A stretch of 64,000 nt of DNA from Pseudomonadota bacterium. GTDB taxonomy: Bacteria > Pseudomonadota > Gammaproteobacteria > Burkholderiales > JABEVD01. Made by a program: the position numbers and the translations under genes. Where the stretch lies: contig JAJZRP010000001.1 in assembly GCA_021802655.1 (NCBI GenBank), positions 24,882 through 88,881 of the forward strand. Direction: 5' to 3'. This document shows, piece after piece, positions 35,634 to 47,747 of the stretch; position 1 is the stretch's first letter, and each line of letters begins with the position of its first letter. Below the pieces are notes generated by a model. The model made no database searches and was not told where the DNA came from. It saw only the letters and a list, made by a program, of their open reading frames with translations.

Positions 35634-36394
35634 GCCATAAGCCAAGAAAGCGCTTCGGCCAGAATTTCCTGAAGGACGATGCCATCATCGCGAGAATTAT
35701 CGACGCCATACGTCCCATGCCTTCGGACAGGATGGCCGAGATCGGACCCGGGCTCGGCGCGCTCACCGTACCATTGCTTTCCATCCTCGACCATCTGGAC
35801 GTGATCGAGATAGACCGGGACATCGTGGCCCACCTTTCGGAGCGATTTCCCGAAAACAGGCTCACGATCCATCAGGCTGACGCCCTCAAATTCGATTTTT
35901 CCAGCCTGGGGAAAAATCTCAGGGTCGTGGGCAACCTGCCCTACAACATTTCCACTCCATTGCTTTTCCACCTGTCCGAATTCCCGGATTCGATCCGGGA
36001 CATGCATTTCATGCTGCAGAAGGAAGTGGTCGACAGGATGGTCGCGGAACCATCGACCCCTGATTACGGCAGGCTTTCGGTGATGCTGCAGCATCGTTTC
36101 GACATGGAAAAATGCTTCGAAGTGCCTCCGGAATGCTTCAATCCTGCACCCAAGGTCGATTCCGCAATCGTCAGGATGGTTCCGCTCGAATCCGTCGAAG
36201 CCGCCGACGAGGCCCTTTTCTCGAAAATCGTCGCAGCTGCGTTTTCGCAGCGCCGCAAGACGTTGCGGAACACGCTCAGGGACAGGCTGGATGCGGAAGA
36301 TTTCGAGGCATTGTCCATCGACCCGCAGGCGCGCGCCGAAACGCTTTCCGTTTCCGACTTCGCTCGGATCTCGAATTACCTGGGCGAAAAATGA
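35630..36394 (+). CDS. rsmA: 16S rRNA (adenine1518/1519-N6)-dimethyltransferase
   Basis: ATGA overlap with pdxA. KRFGQNFLKD, EIGPGLGALT, VVGNLPYNISTPLLF. Confidence 0.95.
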   Translation: MSHKPRKRFGQNFLKDDAIIARIIDAIRPMPSDRMAEIGPGLGALTVPLLSILDHLDVIEIDRDIVAHLSERFPENRLTIHQADALKFDFSSLGKNLRVVGNLPYNISTPLLFHLSEFPDSIRDMHFMLQKEVVDRMVAEPSTPDYGRLSVMLQHRFDMEKCFEVPPECFNPAPKVDSAIVRMVPLESVEAADEALFSKIVAAAFSQRRKTLRNTLRDRLDAEDFEALSIDPQARAETLSVSDFARISNYLGEK

Positions 36395-37446
36395 ACCGGT
36401 ATGCGATTTGGCTGATCCTCGCATTCTGGGCAGGTTCCGCGCAGGCCCTGAATTTCCGGGACTGCCTGAAAATGGAGCAGGACAATGCGCCCCTGGCGGC
36501 CCAGCGCGACTGCTACAAAAGCCTGGCAGGCCCTGAAGCAAATCCCCCGAAAACACCTGAAACACCTGCCGAACAGAATGCGTCAGCAACCGAAATATCC
36601 GAAAAATCGGCAAACCCTCTGGCAGAAAAATCCATGCTGCTCTCGACTTGGGATCCGGAACAAAGCGGCGCCATCTCAATGTACCGACAGAACTATTTCC
36701 TGCCGATCGCGAACTCCTCGAATCCGAACAACGCGCCGACCAGCCCCAACCCCAACAACCGGGTTCCCTATTCCTATCCGCTGGACAACACCGAAGCGAA
36801 ATTCCAGATCAGCTTCAAGTCCAGGCTTTGGGCGCAGGACAGCAACGACTGGGCCATGTGGTTCGGCTATACCCAGCAATCGTTCTGGCAGTTCTGGGAC
36901 GCATCCCACTCCCGCCCCTTCAGGGAGAGCAATTACCAACCCGAGCTCATTCTTTCCAAAAGATTCATGGACCCGGTTACCTCCGCCTTTTCGCCGAAGC
37001 TCCTGAACATCGCCATCGATCACCAGTCCAACGGGCAGAGCGACCCCAGATCGCGCAGCTGGAACCGGCTTTACGTCCAGACCGGCTTCGAGAACGACGA
37101 TTTTCAGGGCGGTACGCTGGTCCTGCTGCCGCGCCTCTGGACCCGCATACAGGTAAGCAACCCCTCGCAGAACGACAATCCGGACATCACCCATTACCTG
37201 GGTTACGGCGATGTGCAGTTGCTTTATTTCAACCGTTACGAGCTTTCAGCTACCGCGCGCATCCGCTCGCTGCAGCTCGATTATTCCTATCCCCTCGAAG
37301 AAATCCTGAAGTATTTTTCCCCGGACTGGCGCAGCGATTTCGATTTGCACCTCCAGTATTTCACGGGCTACGGCGAAAGCCTGATCGATTACAACCACAG
37401 GCAGAGCGTCTGGGGCGTGGGCGTATCCCTGCCCGTCTGGAAATAA
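36391..37446 (+). CDS. pldA: outer-membrane phospholipase A1
   Basis: ATGA overlap with rsmA. Signal peptide MNRYAIWLILAFWAGSAQA. OMPLA motifs YRQNYFLP, EAKFQISFK, WFGYTQQSFWQ, and the catalytic IDHQSNGQ (His-x-Ser-Asn-Gly). Confidence 0.85.
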   Translation: MNRYAIWLILAFWAGSAQALNFRDCLKMEQDNAPLAAQRDCYKSLAGPEANPPKTPETPAEQNASATEISEKSANPLAEKSMLLSTWDPEQSGAISMYRQNYFLPIANSSNPNNAPTSPNPNNRVPYSYPLDNTEAKFQISFKSRLWAQDSNDWAMWFGYTQQSFWQFWDASHSRPFRESNYQPELILSKRFMDPVTSAFSPKLLNIAIDHQSNGQSDPRSRSWNRLYVQTGFENDDFQGGTLVLLPRLWTRIQVSNPSQNDNPDITHYLGYGDVQLLYFNRYELSATARIRSLQLDYSYPLEEILKYFSPDWRSDFDLHLQYFTGYGESLIDYNHRQSVWGVGVSLPVWK

Positions 37447-37568
37447 TCCCGTTCGGTTGCATCATTCATCGCGAAGATTCCATATTGCAGGCTGTCGGGC
37501 TAAAATGCCCTCTGATTCCGGAGCTGCCATGTCCGGCAAGCTCCAATTATCGACAGCCCAGGAGAAAA

Positions 37569-37991
37569 ATGTACAACTTGTTCAAACCCGAACAGCCTGC
37601 AGGCCTGATGGATTTCGTGAAAGCGGCCAAGTCCTGCATCACCGAGATTACGCCTGAAGAACTCAAGGCCAAACTGGATGCAAAGGAAGACCTTTTGCTG
37701 ATCGACGTGCGCGAGCCAGCCGAATTCGAGCATGGCCATATCGGCGGGGCGCATCCCGTGCCGCGCGGCATCCTGGAAGCCGCAGCCGACACGAGCTATC
37801 CCAAGCACTACCCGCCCCTGTCCGGCGCGCGCGACAGGCAGGTCGTCGTCTACTGCGCCACCAGCGGCCGTTCGGCCATGGCTGCCGCAGTACTGCAGAT
37901 GATGGGCTTCAGGAAAGTGCTCAACGTCGCAGGCGGCATTGCGCGCTGGGAAGCAGAAGGCATGCCGCTGGTGCGCGAAGCCCAATACTAG
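37569..37991 (+). CDS. single-domain rhodanese-like sulfurtransferase
   Basis: GGAG precedes ATG 37569. [19 protein letters not shown] and the active-site loop [10 protein letters not shown]. Confidence 0.85.
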   Translation: MYNLFKPEQPAGLMDFVKAAKSCITEITPEELKAKLDAKEDLLLIDVREPAEFEHGHIGGAHPVPRGILEAAADTSYPKHYPPLSGARDRQVVVYCATSGRSAMAAAVLQMMGFRKVLNVAGGIARWEAEGMPLVREAQY

Positions 37992-38368
37992 CGCTCTATG
38001 AACTCGATCTTGTAGCCGTCCGGGTCCTCGACGAAGGCGATCACCGTCGTGCCGTGCTTCATGGGACCTGCTTCCCTGACCACCTTGCCGCCCAGCTTCC
38101 TGGTTTCCTCGCAGGCCTTGGCGGCATCCTCGACCTCGATCGCGACATGCCCGAAGCCGTTGCCCAAATCGTAGGAGGAAGTATCCCAGTTATGGGTGAG
38201 CTCGATCACCGCATGACCGGATTCGTCGCCGTAGCCGACGAAAGCCAGGGTGAATCGGCCTTCCGGGTAATCCTTGCGGCGCAGGAGCGTCATGCCCAGC
38301 ACCTTGGTGTAGAATTCCAGCGAGCGGTCGAGATTTCCCACCCTCAGCATGGTATGCAGTATCCTCAT
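37988..38368 (-). CDS. gloA: lactoylglutathione lyase (glyoxalase I)
   Basis: [56 protein letters not shown]. Confidence 0.93.
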   Translation of the reverse strand: MRILHTMLRVGNLDRSLEFYTKVLGMTLLRRKDYPEGRFTLAFVGYGDESGHAVIELTHNWDTSSYDLGNGFGHVAIEVEDAAKACEETRKLGGKVVREAGPMKHGTTVIAFVEDPDGYKIEFIER

Positions 38369-38369
38369 T

Positions 38370-38534
38370 TCATTCCTCGATGAGTTCGAAGTCTTCCTTG
38401 CGCGCCCCGCATTCCGGGCAGGTCCAGTTCATGGGCACATCTTCCCATTTCGTCCCGGGGGGAATGCCGTCTTCCGGTATCCCCAGGGCCTCGTCGTAAA
38501 TGTAGCCGCAAATCAGGCACAGGTATTTTCTCAA
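38370..38534 (-). CDS. rubredoxin (54 aa; absent from the ORF track because it is under 60 aa)
   Basis: Hand translation of the minus strand gives (TTG)[54 protein letters not shown]-stop. It has CxxCG and CPxCG knuckles. AGGTGA lies 5 nt upstream of TTG 38534. Confidence 0.85.
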   Translation of the reverse strand: MRKYLCLICGYIYDEALGIPEDGIPPGTKWEDVPMNWTCPECGARKEDFELIEE

Positions 38535-38584
38535 GCGATCACCTTCTTCTTCGGGTAAAATTCAATTTTAATGCATATCTTCCC

Positions 38585-39391
38585 ATGAATCAGCCTCCAC
38601 CCATCGTGCTTTGCTTTTCGGCGACCGATCCCAGCGGCGGTGCCGGCCTTCAGGCGGACCTCCTGACGCTCGCCAGCATGGGCTGCCATCCCCTTTCGGT
38701 GGTCACTGCAGTGACGATCCAGGACACGGCGGGCATAGAAGACATCATGGCGCTGGATTCCGAGTGGGTCGCCGACCAGGCCAGATGCGTGCTGGAAGAC
38801 ATGGCGGTTCATGCCTTCAAGATCGGGGTGATGGGCAGCATCGAAAATATCGCCGCCATCGCCGAAGTCGTATCGGATTATCCCGACATTCCGCTGATAC
38901 TCGACCCCGTGCTCTCCTCCGGCAGGGGCGACGAACTCGCCACGGAAGAAATGGTCGACGCCATGAAAAGCCTGCTGATTTCCCAGACGACGCTCGTCAC
39001 CCCGAACAGCATCGAAGCGAGATATCTCGCCCAGGAAGAACACGAGGAAGACCTCGGCCTTGCCCGGTGCGCCGAGCGTATCCTGGACATGGGGGCGGAA
39101 TATGTTCTCGTCACGGGAACGCACGAAAACACCCCCCAGGTGATCAACACCCTTTACGGCGGCTCCGGAATTTTGCGCACGGATTCCTGGAACAGGCTCC
39201 CCCATTCCTACCACGGCTCGGGATGCACCCTGGCCTCCGCCATCGCAGCCGCAGTCGCCATGGGTCTGGACATCATGACCGCAGTCGAAAAGGCCCAGGA
39301 ATACACCTGGAACACGCTCGATTCTGGGTTCCGTCCTGGGATGGGCCAGCATATTCCGGACCGCTTTTTCTGGGCGCGCGAAGACGCGTGA
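38585..39391 (+). CDS. thiD: hydroxymethylpyrimidine / phosphomethylpyrimidine kinase
   Basis: DPSGGAGLQADL, VTAVTIQDT, AFKIGVMGS, LDPVL, YHGSGCTLASAIAA. Confidence 0.92.
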   Translation: MNQPPPIVLCFSATDPSGGAGLQADLLTLASMGCHPLSVVTAVTIQDTAGIEDIMALDSEWVADQARCVLEDMAVHAFKIGVMGSIENIAAIAEVVSDYPDIPLILDPVLSSGRGDELATEEMVDAMKSLLISQTTLVTPNSIEARYLAQEEHEEDLGLARCAERILDMGAEYVLVTGTHENTPQVINTLYGGSGILRTDSWNRLPHSYHGSGCTLASAIAAAVAMGLDIMTAVEKAQEYTWNTLDSGFRPGMGQHIPDRFFWAREDA

Positions 39392-40005
39392 TCAGAGGGC
39401 TATACGCAATCACGCCCGAGTGCGCGGATACCGCCCTGCTTGCGCGCAAGGCCGAAAAGGCGATCCTGGGCGGTGCGAAAATCGTGCAGTACCGCTGCAA
39501 GTCGGGCAGCGCAAATCTCCGGCTGGAACAGGCGATCGCCATCAGAACCGTCTGTAGCCGATATGCAGTTCCCTTCATCGTCAACGACGAAATCGATCTC
39601 GCCCTCGAAGTCGGGGCCGACGGCGTTCACATCGGCTCGAAAGACGGCCCGATTGACGACGCCAGAAAAAGGCTGAAGGGCAAGATTCTGGGGGTGTCCT
39701 GCTACGACAGCATCGATCTTGCCCTGGATGCCCGGAATCTGGGCGCGGACTATGTGGCATTCGGCAGCTTCTTCGCCTCCCTCACGAAGCCGGATGCTGT
39801 CAGGGCACCGCTTTCGCTGTTGCAAATGTCAAAACTTTCCCTCAAGATACCTGTCGTAGCCATAGGCGGAATAAACCTCGACAACGGGGCTCGTCTCGTC
39901 GAATCCGGAGCGGACGCGCTCGCCGTCGTCTCATCCCTTTTCGATGCGCCGGACATCCAGGCCGCAGCAAACCAATTTTCTGAACTTTTTTCCATACAAA
40001 AATGA
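39388..40005 (+). CDS. thiE: thiamine-phosphate synthase
   Basis: GTG 39388 overlaps the thiD TGA (GTGA). [41 protein letters not shown]. Confidence 0.9.
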   Translation: MIRGLYAITPECADTALLARKAEKAILGGAKIVQYRCKSGSANLRLEQAIAIRTVCSRYAVPFIVNDEIDLALEVGADGVHIGSKDGPIDDARKRLKGKILGVSCYDSIDLALDARNLGADYVAFGSFFASLTKPDAVRAPLSLLQMSKLSLKIPVVAIGGINLDNGARLVESGADALAVVSSLFDAPDIQAAANQFSELFSIQK

Positions 40006-41279
40006 CGAACAGCCAGAATCTTTTCGAAAAATCCCGCATTCATATCCCGGGGGGAGTCAATTCCCCGGTACGCGCATTCGGTTCCGTGGGGGGAACCCCG
40101 ATTTTCTTCAAGCGCGGCAAGGGCGCATTCGTCTGGGACGCGGACGACAAGGCCTATATCGATTATGTCGGTTCCTGGGGGCCGATGATTTTGGGCCATG
40201 CCCACCCGGAAGTGATCAAGGCGGTATGCGACGCGGCGCAGCAGGGACTCGGCTTCGGCGCCCCGACAGAACTCGAACTGGAAATGGCCGACTTGCTCTG
40301 CTCCCTTGTCCCCTCCATGGACCAGGTGAGATTGGTGAGCTCGGGGACCGAAGCGACCATGAGCGCGATCAGGCTCGCCCGCGGGTACACGGGCAGGAGC
40401 GCCATCGTCAAATTCGAGGGATGCTATCACGGCCATGCCGACTCCCTGCTGGTGAAAGCCGGCTCCGGCGCGCTGACCTTCGGCAACCCGAGCTCGGCGG
40501 GCGTTCCCCCTGAGACTGCCCAGCATACCCTGGTGCTCGACTACAACAACGTGGCGCAGCTGGAAGAGACCTTCTCGATGATGGGCGACAAAATCGCCGC
40601 CGTCATCATCGAGCCGGTCGCCGGCAACATGAATCTCGTCGCCCCGGAAAAGGCGTTTCTGGATGCCTTGCGATCCCTGTGCACGAAGCACGGCTGTGTG
40701 CTGATTTTCGACGAAGTGATGACTGGCTTCAGGGTGGGGCTCGCCTCGGCCCAGGGCCTTTACGGGATAAAGCCGGACCTCACCACCCTCGGCAAGGTGG
40801 TCGGAGGCGGCATGCCAGTCGGCGCATTCGGCGGCAGGCGCGACATCATGCAATGCCTCGCCCCTCTGGGCCCCGTCTATCAGGCGGGAACCCTTTCCGG
40901 GAACCCGGTCGCAATGGCAGCAGGGCTTGCCACCTTGAAGCTGCTCCAGGCCCCGGGATTCTTCGAGAAACTCTCAACTACCGCACGCCAGTTGACCGAA
41001 GGACTGGAGGCCATCGCCCGCGAGGCGGGCATCGCCTTCTCTGCGCAATCGGTGGGCGGCATGTTCGGCCTTTATTTCAGGGAAACGCCCCCAAAAAGCT
41101 ATGCGGAAGTCATGCAGTGCGACAAGGCGGCGTTCAACCGCTTCTTCCATTCCATGGTCGACGAAGGCGTTTATTTCGCCCCTTCCGCTTTCGAAGCCGG
41201 GTTCGTGTCGATGGCGCATGGCAAAGACGAAATCGAGCGCACCCTGCTTTCCGCGAAAAAATATTTCTCAAAAGCATGA
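40002..41279 (+). CDS. hemL: glutamate-1-semialdehyde 2,1-aminomutase
   Basis: ATGA overlap with thi[68 protein letters not shown]. Confidence 0.96.
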   Translation: MTNSQNLFEKSRIHIPGGVNSPVRAFGSVGGTPIFFKRGKGAFVWDADDKAYIDYVGSWGPMILGHAHPEVIKAVCDAAQQGLGFGAPTELELEMADLLCSLVPSMDQVRLVSSGTEATMSAIRLARGYTGRSAIVKFEGCYHGHADSLLVKAGSGALTFGNPSSAGVPPETAQHTLVLDYNNVAQLEETFSMMGDKIAAVIIEPVAGNMNLVAPEKAFLDALRSLCTKHGCVLIFDEVMTGFRVGLASAQGLYGIKPDLTTLGKVVGGGMPVGAFGGRRDIMQCLAPLGPVYQAGTLSGNPVAMAAGLATLKLLQAPGFFEKLSTTARQLTEGLEAIAREAGIAFSAQSVGGMFGLYFRETPPKSYAEVMQCDKAAFNRFFHSMVDEGVYFAPSAFEAGFVSMAHGKDEIERTLLSAKKYFSKA

Positions 41280-41866
41280 CGCTCTTCAGCAATGCGGCCT
41301 TCTTCACCACGGTAAATCACTTCCGCGACCTTCCCCTGGAATCCAGGGGAGAAGTCGCCTTTGCCGGCAGATCGAACGCCGGAAAATCGAGCGCGATCAA
41401 TACGCTCTCGCGAAGAACGCGGCTCGCATTCGTCAGCAAGACTCCGGGGAGAACCCAGCACATCAATTATTTCAGCCTGGACGACAAGGGGAATTACCTG
41501 GTGGACCTTCCGGGCTACGGCTACGCCAAGGTCCCGGAACAGATAAGGCACCACTGGGAAACCCTCCTCAGCCGTTACCTGCAGGAGCGCCCCCAGTTGC
41601 GCGGCCTCGTGCTCATCATGGATGCCCGTCATCCCCTCACGCAGCTCGATATCCGGATGCTGGGCTGGTTCGGCCCGACGGGAAAACCCATCCATGTCCT
41701 GCTCACCAAGGCGGACAAGCTCACCAGGCAGGAATCTGCGAAGGTGCTGCGGGAAGTGACCGAATTTCTCAGGGAATATCCCAACTGCAGCGTCCAGCTC
41801 TTCTCCAGCCTCAAGAAAATCGGCATGGAGGAGGCCGAAAGCGTGATAGGCAGATGGCTGGAATAA
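41276..41866 (+). CDS. engB: ribosome biogenesis GTP-binding protein YsxC/EngB
   Basis: ATGA overlap with hem[18 protein letters not shown] (G1), DLPGYGYA (G3), LTKADK (G4). Confidence 0.93.
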   Translation: MTLFSNAAFFTTVNHFRDLPLESRGEVAFAGRSNAGKSSAINTLSRRTRLAFVSKTPGRTQHINYFSLDDKGNYLVDLPGYGYAKVPEQIRHHWETLLSRYLQERPQLRGLVLIMDARHPLTQLDIRMLGWFGPTGKPIHVLLTKADKLTRQESAKVLREVTEFLREYPNCSVQLFSSLKKIGMEEAESVIGRWLE

Positions 41867-42025
41867 AAAGAAACCCCTCTCCGGAAAAAGGGGAAGAAAG
41901 CCGGAAAGGGGATGAAAAACGTCTTAGTTTGGGATTAAGACGCCCGCTCATAGAGGGGATAGCGGGGATGACTCAGCATCATCTGTTGAATCAGACCCTC
42001 CGAGTTACAGAATAGTTCCCGATGA

Positions 42026-43619
<1,594 letters not shown>

Positions 43620-43621
43620 GA

Positions 43622-45901
43622 TCAGAAGAGTGGATCTGCAACTGCGGCCTTCCCGGCAACCTGGGCCTTGGGTACCAGTTCCTGGTAGAAATATTCGTCC
43701 ATGCCGCCGCTCCCTGTTTCGATCTGCCCCGTCACAGGATCGATCTTGGCCTCGACCACCCCTTGCGGCATGGTAAATGCAGCCTCCGGCACCCCGTCCA
43801 GTGCCTTCGCCATATAGCCCATCCAGATGGGCAGGGCGGCCCGGGCACCGGTTTCACCCCTTCCCAGCGTTCTGGGCTGGTCGTACCCTATCCAGGCTAT
43901 GGTCGTCAGGGTGGGCTGAAATCCGGCAAACCAGGCATCCACCTGATCGTTGGTGGTCCCGGTCTTTCCCGCGAGATCGGTGCGGCCAAGCTTCATGGCC
44001 TCTGCGCCGGTACCGTACTTGATCACATCCTGCATCATGCTGGTCATGATGAAGGCATTTCTCGGATCGATCACGGGAGAAGTGCCGGGCGCACCAGCGA
44101 TCACGGGAGATGCCTTTGCCAGAACATGTCCTTCCTGATCCTCGATGCGATCGATGTAATAGGGGCTGACCTTGTACCCGCCGTTGGCGAAAACGGAATA
44201 GGCCCCCGCCATCTGCCAGGGCGTCACCATACCTGCGCCGAGGGCCATGGTAAGATAGGGCGGATGCATTTTCGGATCGAAGCCGAAGCGGGTGATGTAA
44301 TCCTGGGCGTAGTTGGCCCCGATGGCCTGCAATATCCTGATTGCAACCAGATTCTTGGATTCGGCCAATGCGACTCGGATTCTCATCGGTCCTGAATAAG
44401 TGCCCTCGTAATTTTTCGGCTCCCAGGCAACGCTTCCCGTCTCGGCGGCAGTGAATGACAGGGGAGCATCATCCACGATCGACGCCGGAGTGAAACCCTT
44501 CTCCAGTGCTGCGGAATAGATGAAAGGCTTGAAGCTCGACCCCGGCTGGCGCCATGCCTGAGTCACATGATTGAACTGGTTCTGATTGAAATCGAACCCG
44601 CCTATCAGGGCACGCACTGCGCCTGTCTGGGGAGAAACGGAAATGAGGGCAGCCTCCACTGCAGGCAGTTCCGTGATGTACCATTTTTCCTTCTCGTCCC
44701 GAATCACCCGGATTATCGCCCCCGGCCTGATCCGCGAAGGATTTTCCGCCAGCATCTTTTTGGCGAATTTCAACCCTTCAGGACCGATGGAAATTTTTCC
44801 CGCTCCCTTGACATAGGCTTTCACGAAGGCAGGGGAAGACTGCAGCACTATGGCGGGCAGGATGTCGTCGCTTTTGTCGAAATCGTCGAGGATGTCGTCG
44901 AACTTGGCCTCCCCGTCAGGCAGATCGACATATTTTTCAGGGCCCTTGTACTCGTGGCGATCGTCATAAGCCATCACCCCCTTGCGCACCGCCTCATAGC
45001 CCGCCACCTGATCGGCCCAGCGCAACGTGGTATAGACCTTGTATCCTTTCGTGTAGGTGTCCTCCTTGTACCTGTCGTACATGTCCTGACGAACCATCTC
45101 GGCAAGATACTCCGCCTTGACGGGGTAATCGTGGCGCTCATGCTTCACCTTGATCGGCTCCTTCACTGCAGCCTCGTACTGGTTTTCGGTCAGAAATCCG
45201 AGAACCCGCATCCGATGCAGCACGTAAAGCTGGCGCAATTTCGAGCGTTCCGGATTGACCACCGGATTGAAGCCCGAAGGCGCTTTCGGCAACCCCGCCA
45301 GAACAGCCATTTCGGCCACGCTCAATTTGTCGAGCGGCTTGCCGAAATAGACCTGCGCCGCGGCCGCAAAGCCATAAGCCTTTTGCCCAAGATAGATCTG
45401 ATTGATGTAAAGCTGAAGTATTTCATCCTTGGTCAGGCTTCTCTCGATCTTGAAGGAAAGCAGCGCCTCGTTGAATTTCCGCAAAAGGGTTTTTTCCTTG
45501 GTCAGGAAGAAATTGCGCGCAACCTGCATCGTGATCGTGCTCGCCCCCTGGCGCGACCCGCCATGAAGGAAATTGACCCATGCCGCCCTCAGGACGCCCT
45601 GGTAATCGATCCCGCCATGTTCGTAAAAACGCTCGTCCTCGGCAGCGAGGATGGCCTCCTTCATCAATTTCGGGACCTGATTGATGGAAACCACGGCCCG
45701 GCGCTCTTCCCCGAATTCCCCTATCAGGACCCCTTCCTCGCTATAGACCCTGAGCGGAATCTTGGGACGGTAATCCTTCAGCACTTCCAGGGAGGGCAGA
45801 TTGGGATAGGTCATCACTGCAGCGAATGCAATGAGTCCTGCACAAATCAGACCCACGCCGAGCACACTGAGTGAGATGTAAAGCAGCCATCGTGCAACCA
45901 T
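43622..45901 (-). CDS. mrcA: penicillin-binding protein 1A (bifunctional transglycosylase/transpeptidase)
   Basis: GT51 motifs (EDERFYEHGGID, RQGASTITMQVARN), transpeptidase SSFKP, SKN and KTGTTND. Start set at ATG 45901 (MVARWLLYISLSVLG...), because a TATAAT lies inside the longer track ORF, which begins at TTG 45961. Confidence 0.92.
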   Translation of the reverse strand: MVARWLLYISLSVLGVGLICAGLIAFAAVMTYPNLPSLEVLKDYRPKIPLRVYSEEGVLIGEFGEERRAVVSINQVPKLMKEAILAAEDERFYEHGGIDYQGVLRAAWVNFLHGGSRQGASTITMQVARNFFLTKEKTLLRKFNEALLSFKIERSLTKDEILQLYINQIYLGQKAYGFAAAAQVYFGKPLDKLSVAEMAVLAGLPKAPSGFNPVVNPERSKLRQLYVLHRMRVLGFLTENQYEAAVKEPIKVKHERHDYPVKAEYLAEMVRQDMYDRYKEDTYTKGYKVYTTLRWADQVAGYEAVRKGVMAYDDRHEYKGPEKYVDLPDGEAKFDDILDDFDKSDDILPAIVLQSSPAFVKAYVKGAGKISIGPEGLKFAKKMLAENPSRIRPGAIIRVIRDEKEKWYITELPAVEAALISVSPQTGAVRALIGGFDFNQNQFNHVTQAWRQPGSSFKPFIYSAALEKGFTPASIVDDAPLSFTAAETGSVAWEPKNYEGTYSGPMRIRVALAESKNLVAIRILQAIGANYAQDYITRFGFDPKMHPPYLTMALGAGMVTPWQMAGAYSVFANGGYKVSPYYIDRIEDQEGHVLAKASPVIAGAPGTSPVIDPRNAFIMTSMMQDVIKYGTGAEAMKLGRTDLAGKTGTTNDQVDAWFAGFQPTLTTIAWIGYDQPRTLGRGETGARAALPIWMGYMAKALDGVPEAAFTMPQGVVEAKIDPVTGQIETGSGGMDEYFYQELVPKAQVAGKAAVADPLF

Positions 45902-46069
45902 AGAGGCGTTCAGTCTTCGAAATTTTTTCAATCCGGTATTATATGGCCTGTCGCCGCACAAATGAAACTCGGCGTCAAGGATGGCACAAGGAAGATGACA
46001 AACTTTACATGATGAACCGATACTGCTAGCATCTAAACCGAATTATCCGAAAGTGCGCATAACCAGCCT

Positions 46070-47167
46070 ATGTTCAAGGGAAATTTCGACTTCGACCTGA
46101 GTTTCTGGAAAATCAGATCGCTCCCATTGGTCGGCGTCGATATCAGTTCGTCAGCGGTCAAGATGGTCGAGCTCGGCAAAGCGGGAGAAAGCAGATACCG
46201 GGTCGAGCGTTATGCCATCGAACCCCTCCCCCGAGAGGCCGTGCTCGACGGCAATATCAGCGATTTCGATGCTGTGAGCGAATGCGTCGAAAGGGCCTGG
46301 AAGAAACTGGGGACCCGCAACAAGAACGTGGCGATGGCCCTGCCTGCTGCAGCGGTCATTACCAAGAAAATCATCGTCCCTTCAGGCCAAAACGAGAACG
46401 ACCTGAGCTTCCTGGTCGAGACCGAAGCGAACCAGTACATCCCTTTTGCACTCGACGAAGTCAATCTCGATTTTCAGGTTATCGGGCCTGCGCCTGGAAA
46501 TGCGGAGGAAGTCGAGATCCTGATCGCAGCTTCGCGCAAGGAGAAGGTGGAAGACCGGGTCGCAACCGCCGAAGCTTCCGGCCTGAATGCGCTGGTCATG
46601 GATGTAGAACCCTACGCCGCCCAAACCGCTTTCGAACTGATTCAGCGGCAATTCCCGAACGGGGGACGAGACAAGACCATCGCGATCGTCGATATCGGCG
46701 CAAGCCTGATGAGCATCAACGTGCTGCGCAACGGACAGTCCGTCTATATGAGAGATCAGCCATTCGGCGGAAATCAGCTGACTTATGACATACAGCATTT
46801 CTACAATCTGACGCCGGATGAAGCGGAAATGGCCAAACGCAAAGGAGGCCTTCCCGACAACTATGAGGCCGAGATTCTTCGTCCCTTCAGGGAGAATCTC
46901 GCGCTCGAGATATCCCGCGCATTGCAGTTCTTTTTCACCTCCACGCCATTCAATGAAGTCAATCATATCGTCCTGGCAGGAGGATGTGCCACGATCCAGG
47001 GTTTGGATGACACCGTTTCGAGCAGAACCCAGGTAAGCACCCTCATTGCAAACCCCTTTGCCGATATGGAACTCTCCAGCAGGATCAGCCCCAGGCAGCT
47101 TGCGACAGACGCCCCTATGCTCCTGATTGCCTGTGGCCTTTCATTGAGAGGCTTCGATCCAACATGA
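46070..47167 (+). CDS. pilM: type IV pilus assembly protein PilM
   Basis: Actin-like ATPase fold. VGVDISSSAVKMVEL. Position divergent from mrcA and first gene of pilMNOPQ. Confidence 0.92.
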   Translation: MFKGNFDFDLSFWKIRSLPLVGVDISSSAVKMVELGKAGESRYRVERYAIEPLPREAVLDGNISDFDAVSECVERAWKKLGTRNKNVAMALPAAAVITKKIIVPSGQNENDLSFLVETEANQYIPFALDEVNLDFQVIGPAPGNAEEVEILIAASRKEKVEDRVATAEASGLNALVMDVEPYAAQTAFELIQRQFPNGGRDKTIAIVDIGASLMSINVLRNGQSVYMRDQPFGGNQLTYDIQHFYNLTPDEAEMAKRKGGLPDNYEAEILRPFRENLALEISRALQFFFTSTPFNEVNHIVLAGGCATIQGLDDTVSSRTQVSTLIANPFADMELSSRISPRQLATDAPMLLIACGLSLRGFDPT

Positions 47168-47745
47168 TACGGATCAATCTTCTCCCCCATCGCGAAAGAA
47201 AACGGGTCGCCCAGCAAAAGCAAATCGCCATTCTTGCCGGGATGACGGCAGCTTTGGGGCTCGTGATCGTCTTCGCCGTTCATGTCGCCATCAATTCCCG
47301 GATCGATTACCAGAAAGAAAGGAACAGCTACCTCAAGCAGCAGATTGCCATCCTCGACCATCAAATCGAGGAAATCAGAAAGCTCAAGGAGCAGACTCGG
47401 GCCCTGCTCGCCAGGAAACAGGTCGTGGAAAAACTGCAGGACAACCGTTCCGAAGTGGTTCATTTGCTCGATCAACTGGTAAAGAGGCTTCCGGAAGGCA
47501 TCTACCTCAAATCGCTGCGCGAAGACACGAAAGGCAACGTCACGAAAATCCAGCTGACCGGCTATGCTGAATCGAATGCACGGGTCTCCACATTGATGCG
47601 CAATCTGGACGATTCTCCCTGGATGGCCTCTCCCGACCTCGTGGAAATTCACAGCGTCACGGTCAACAGCCGACGACTCAGCGAGTTCAGCCTTTTCCTT
47701 ACGCTCGCGCACAAGGCCGGCCTGGCAAACCCGCCGGGAAATTGA
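47164..47745 (+). CDS. pilN: type IV pilus assembly protein PilN
   Basis: ATGA overlap with pilM. MIRINLLPHRERKR N-terminus, one TM helix and a coiled coil. Confidence 0.9.
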   Translation: MIRINLLPHRERKRVAQQKQIAILAGMTAALGLVIVFAVHVAINSRIDYQKERNSYLKQQIAILDHQIEEIRKLKEQTRALLARKQVVEKLQDNRSEVVHLLDQLVKRLPEGIYLKSLREDTKGNVTKIQLTGYAESNARVSTLMRNLDDSPWMASPDLVEIHSVTVNSRRLSEFSLFLTLAHKAGLANPPGN

Positions 47746-47747
47746 CC

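Noticed and set aside
38535-38584. An expected TPP (THI-box) riboswitch upstream of thiD-thiE.
   Set aside because: The spacer is only 50 nt, is shared with the divergent rubredoxin gene, and has no CUGAGA or ACCUGA-type THI-box elements.
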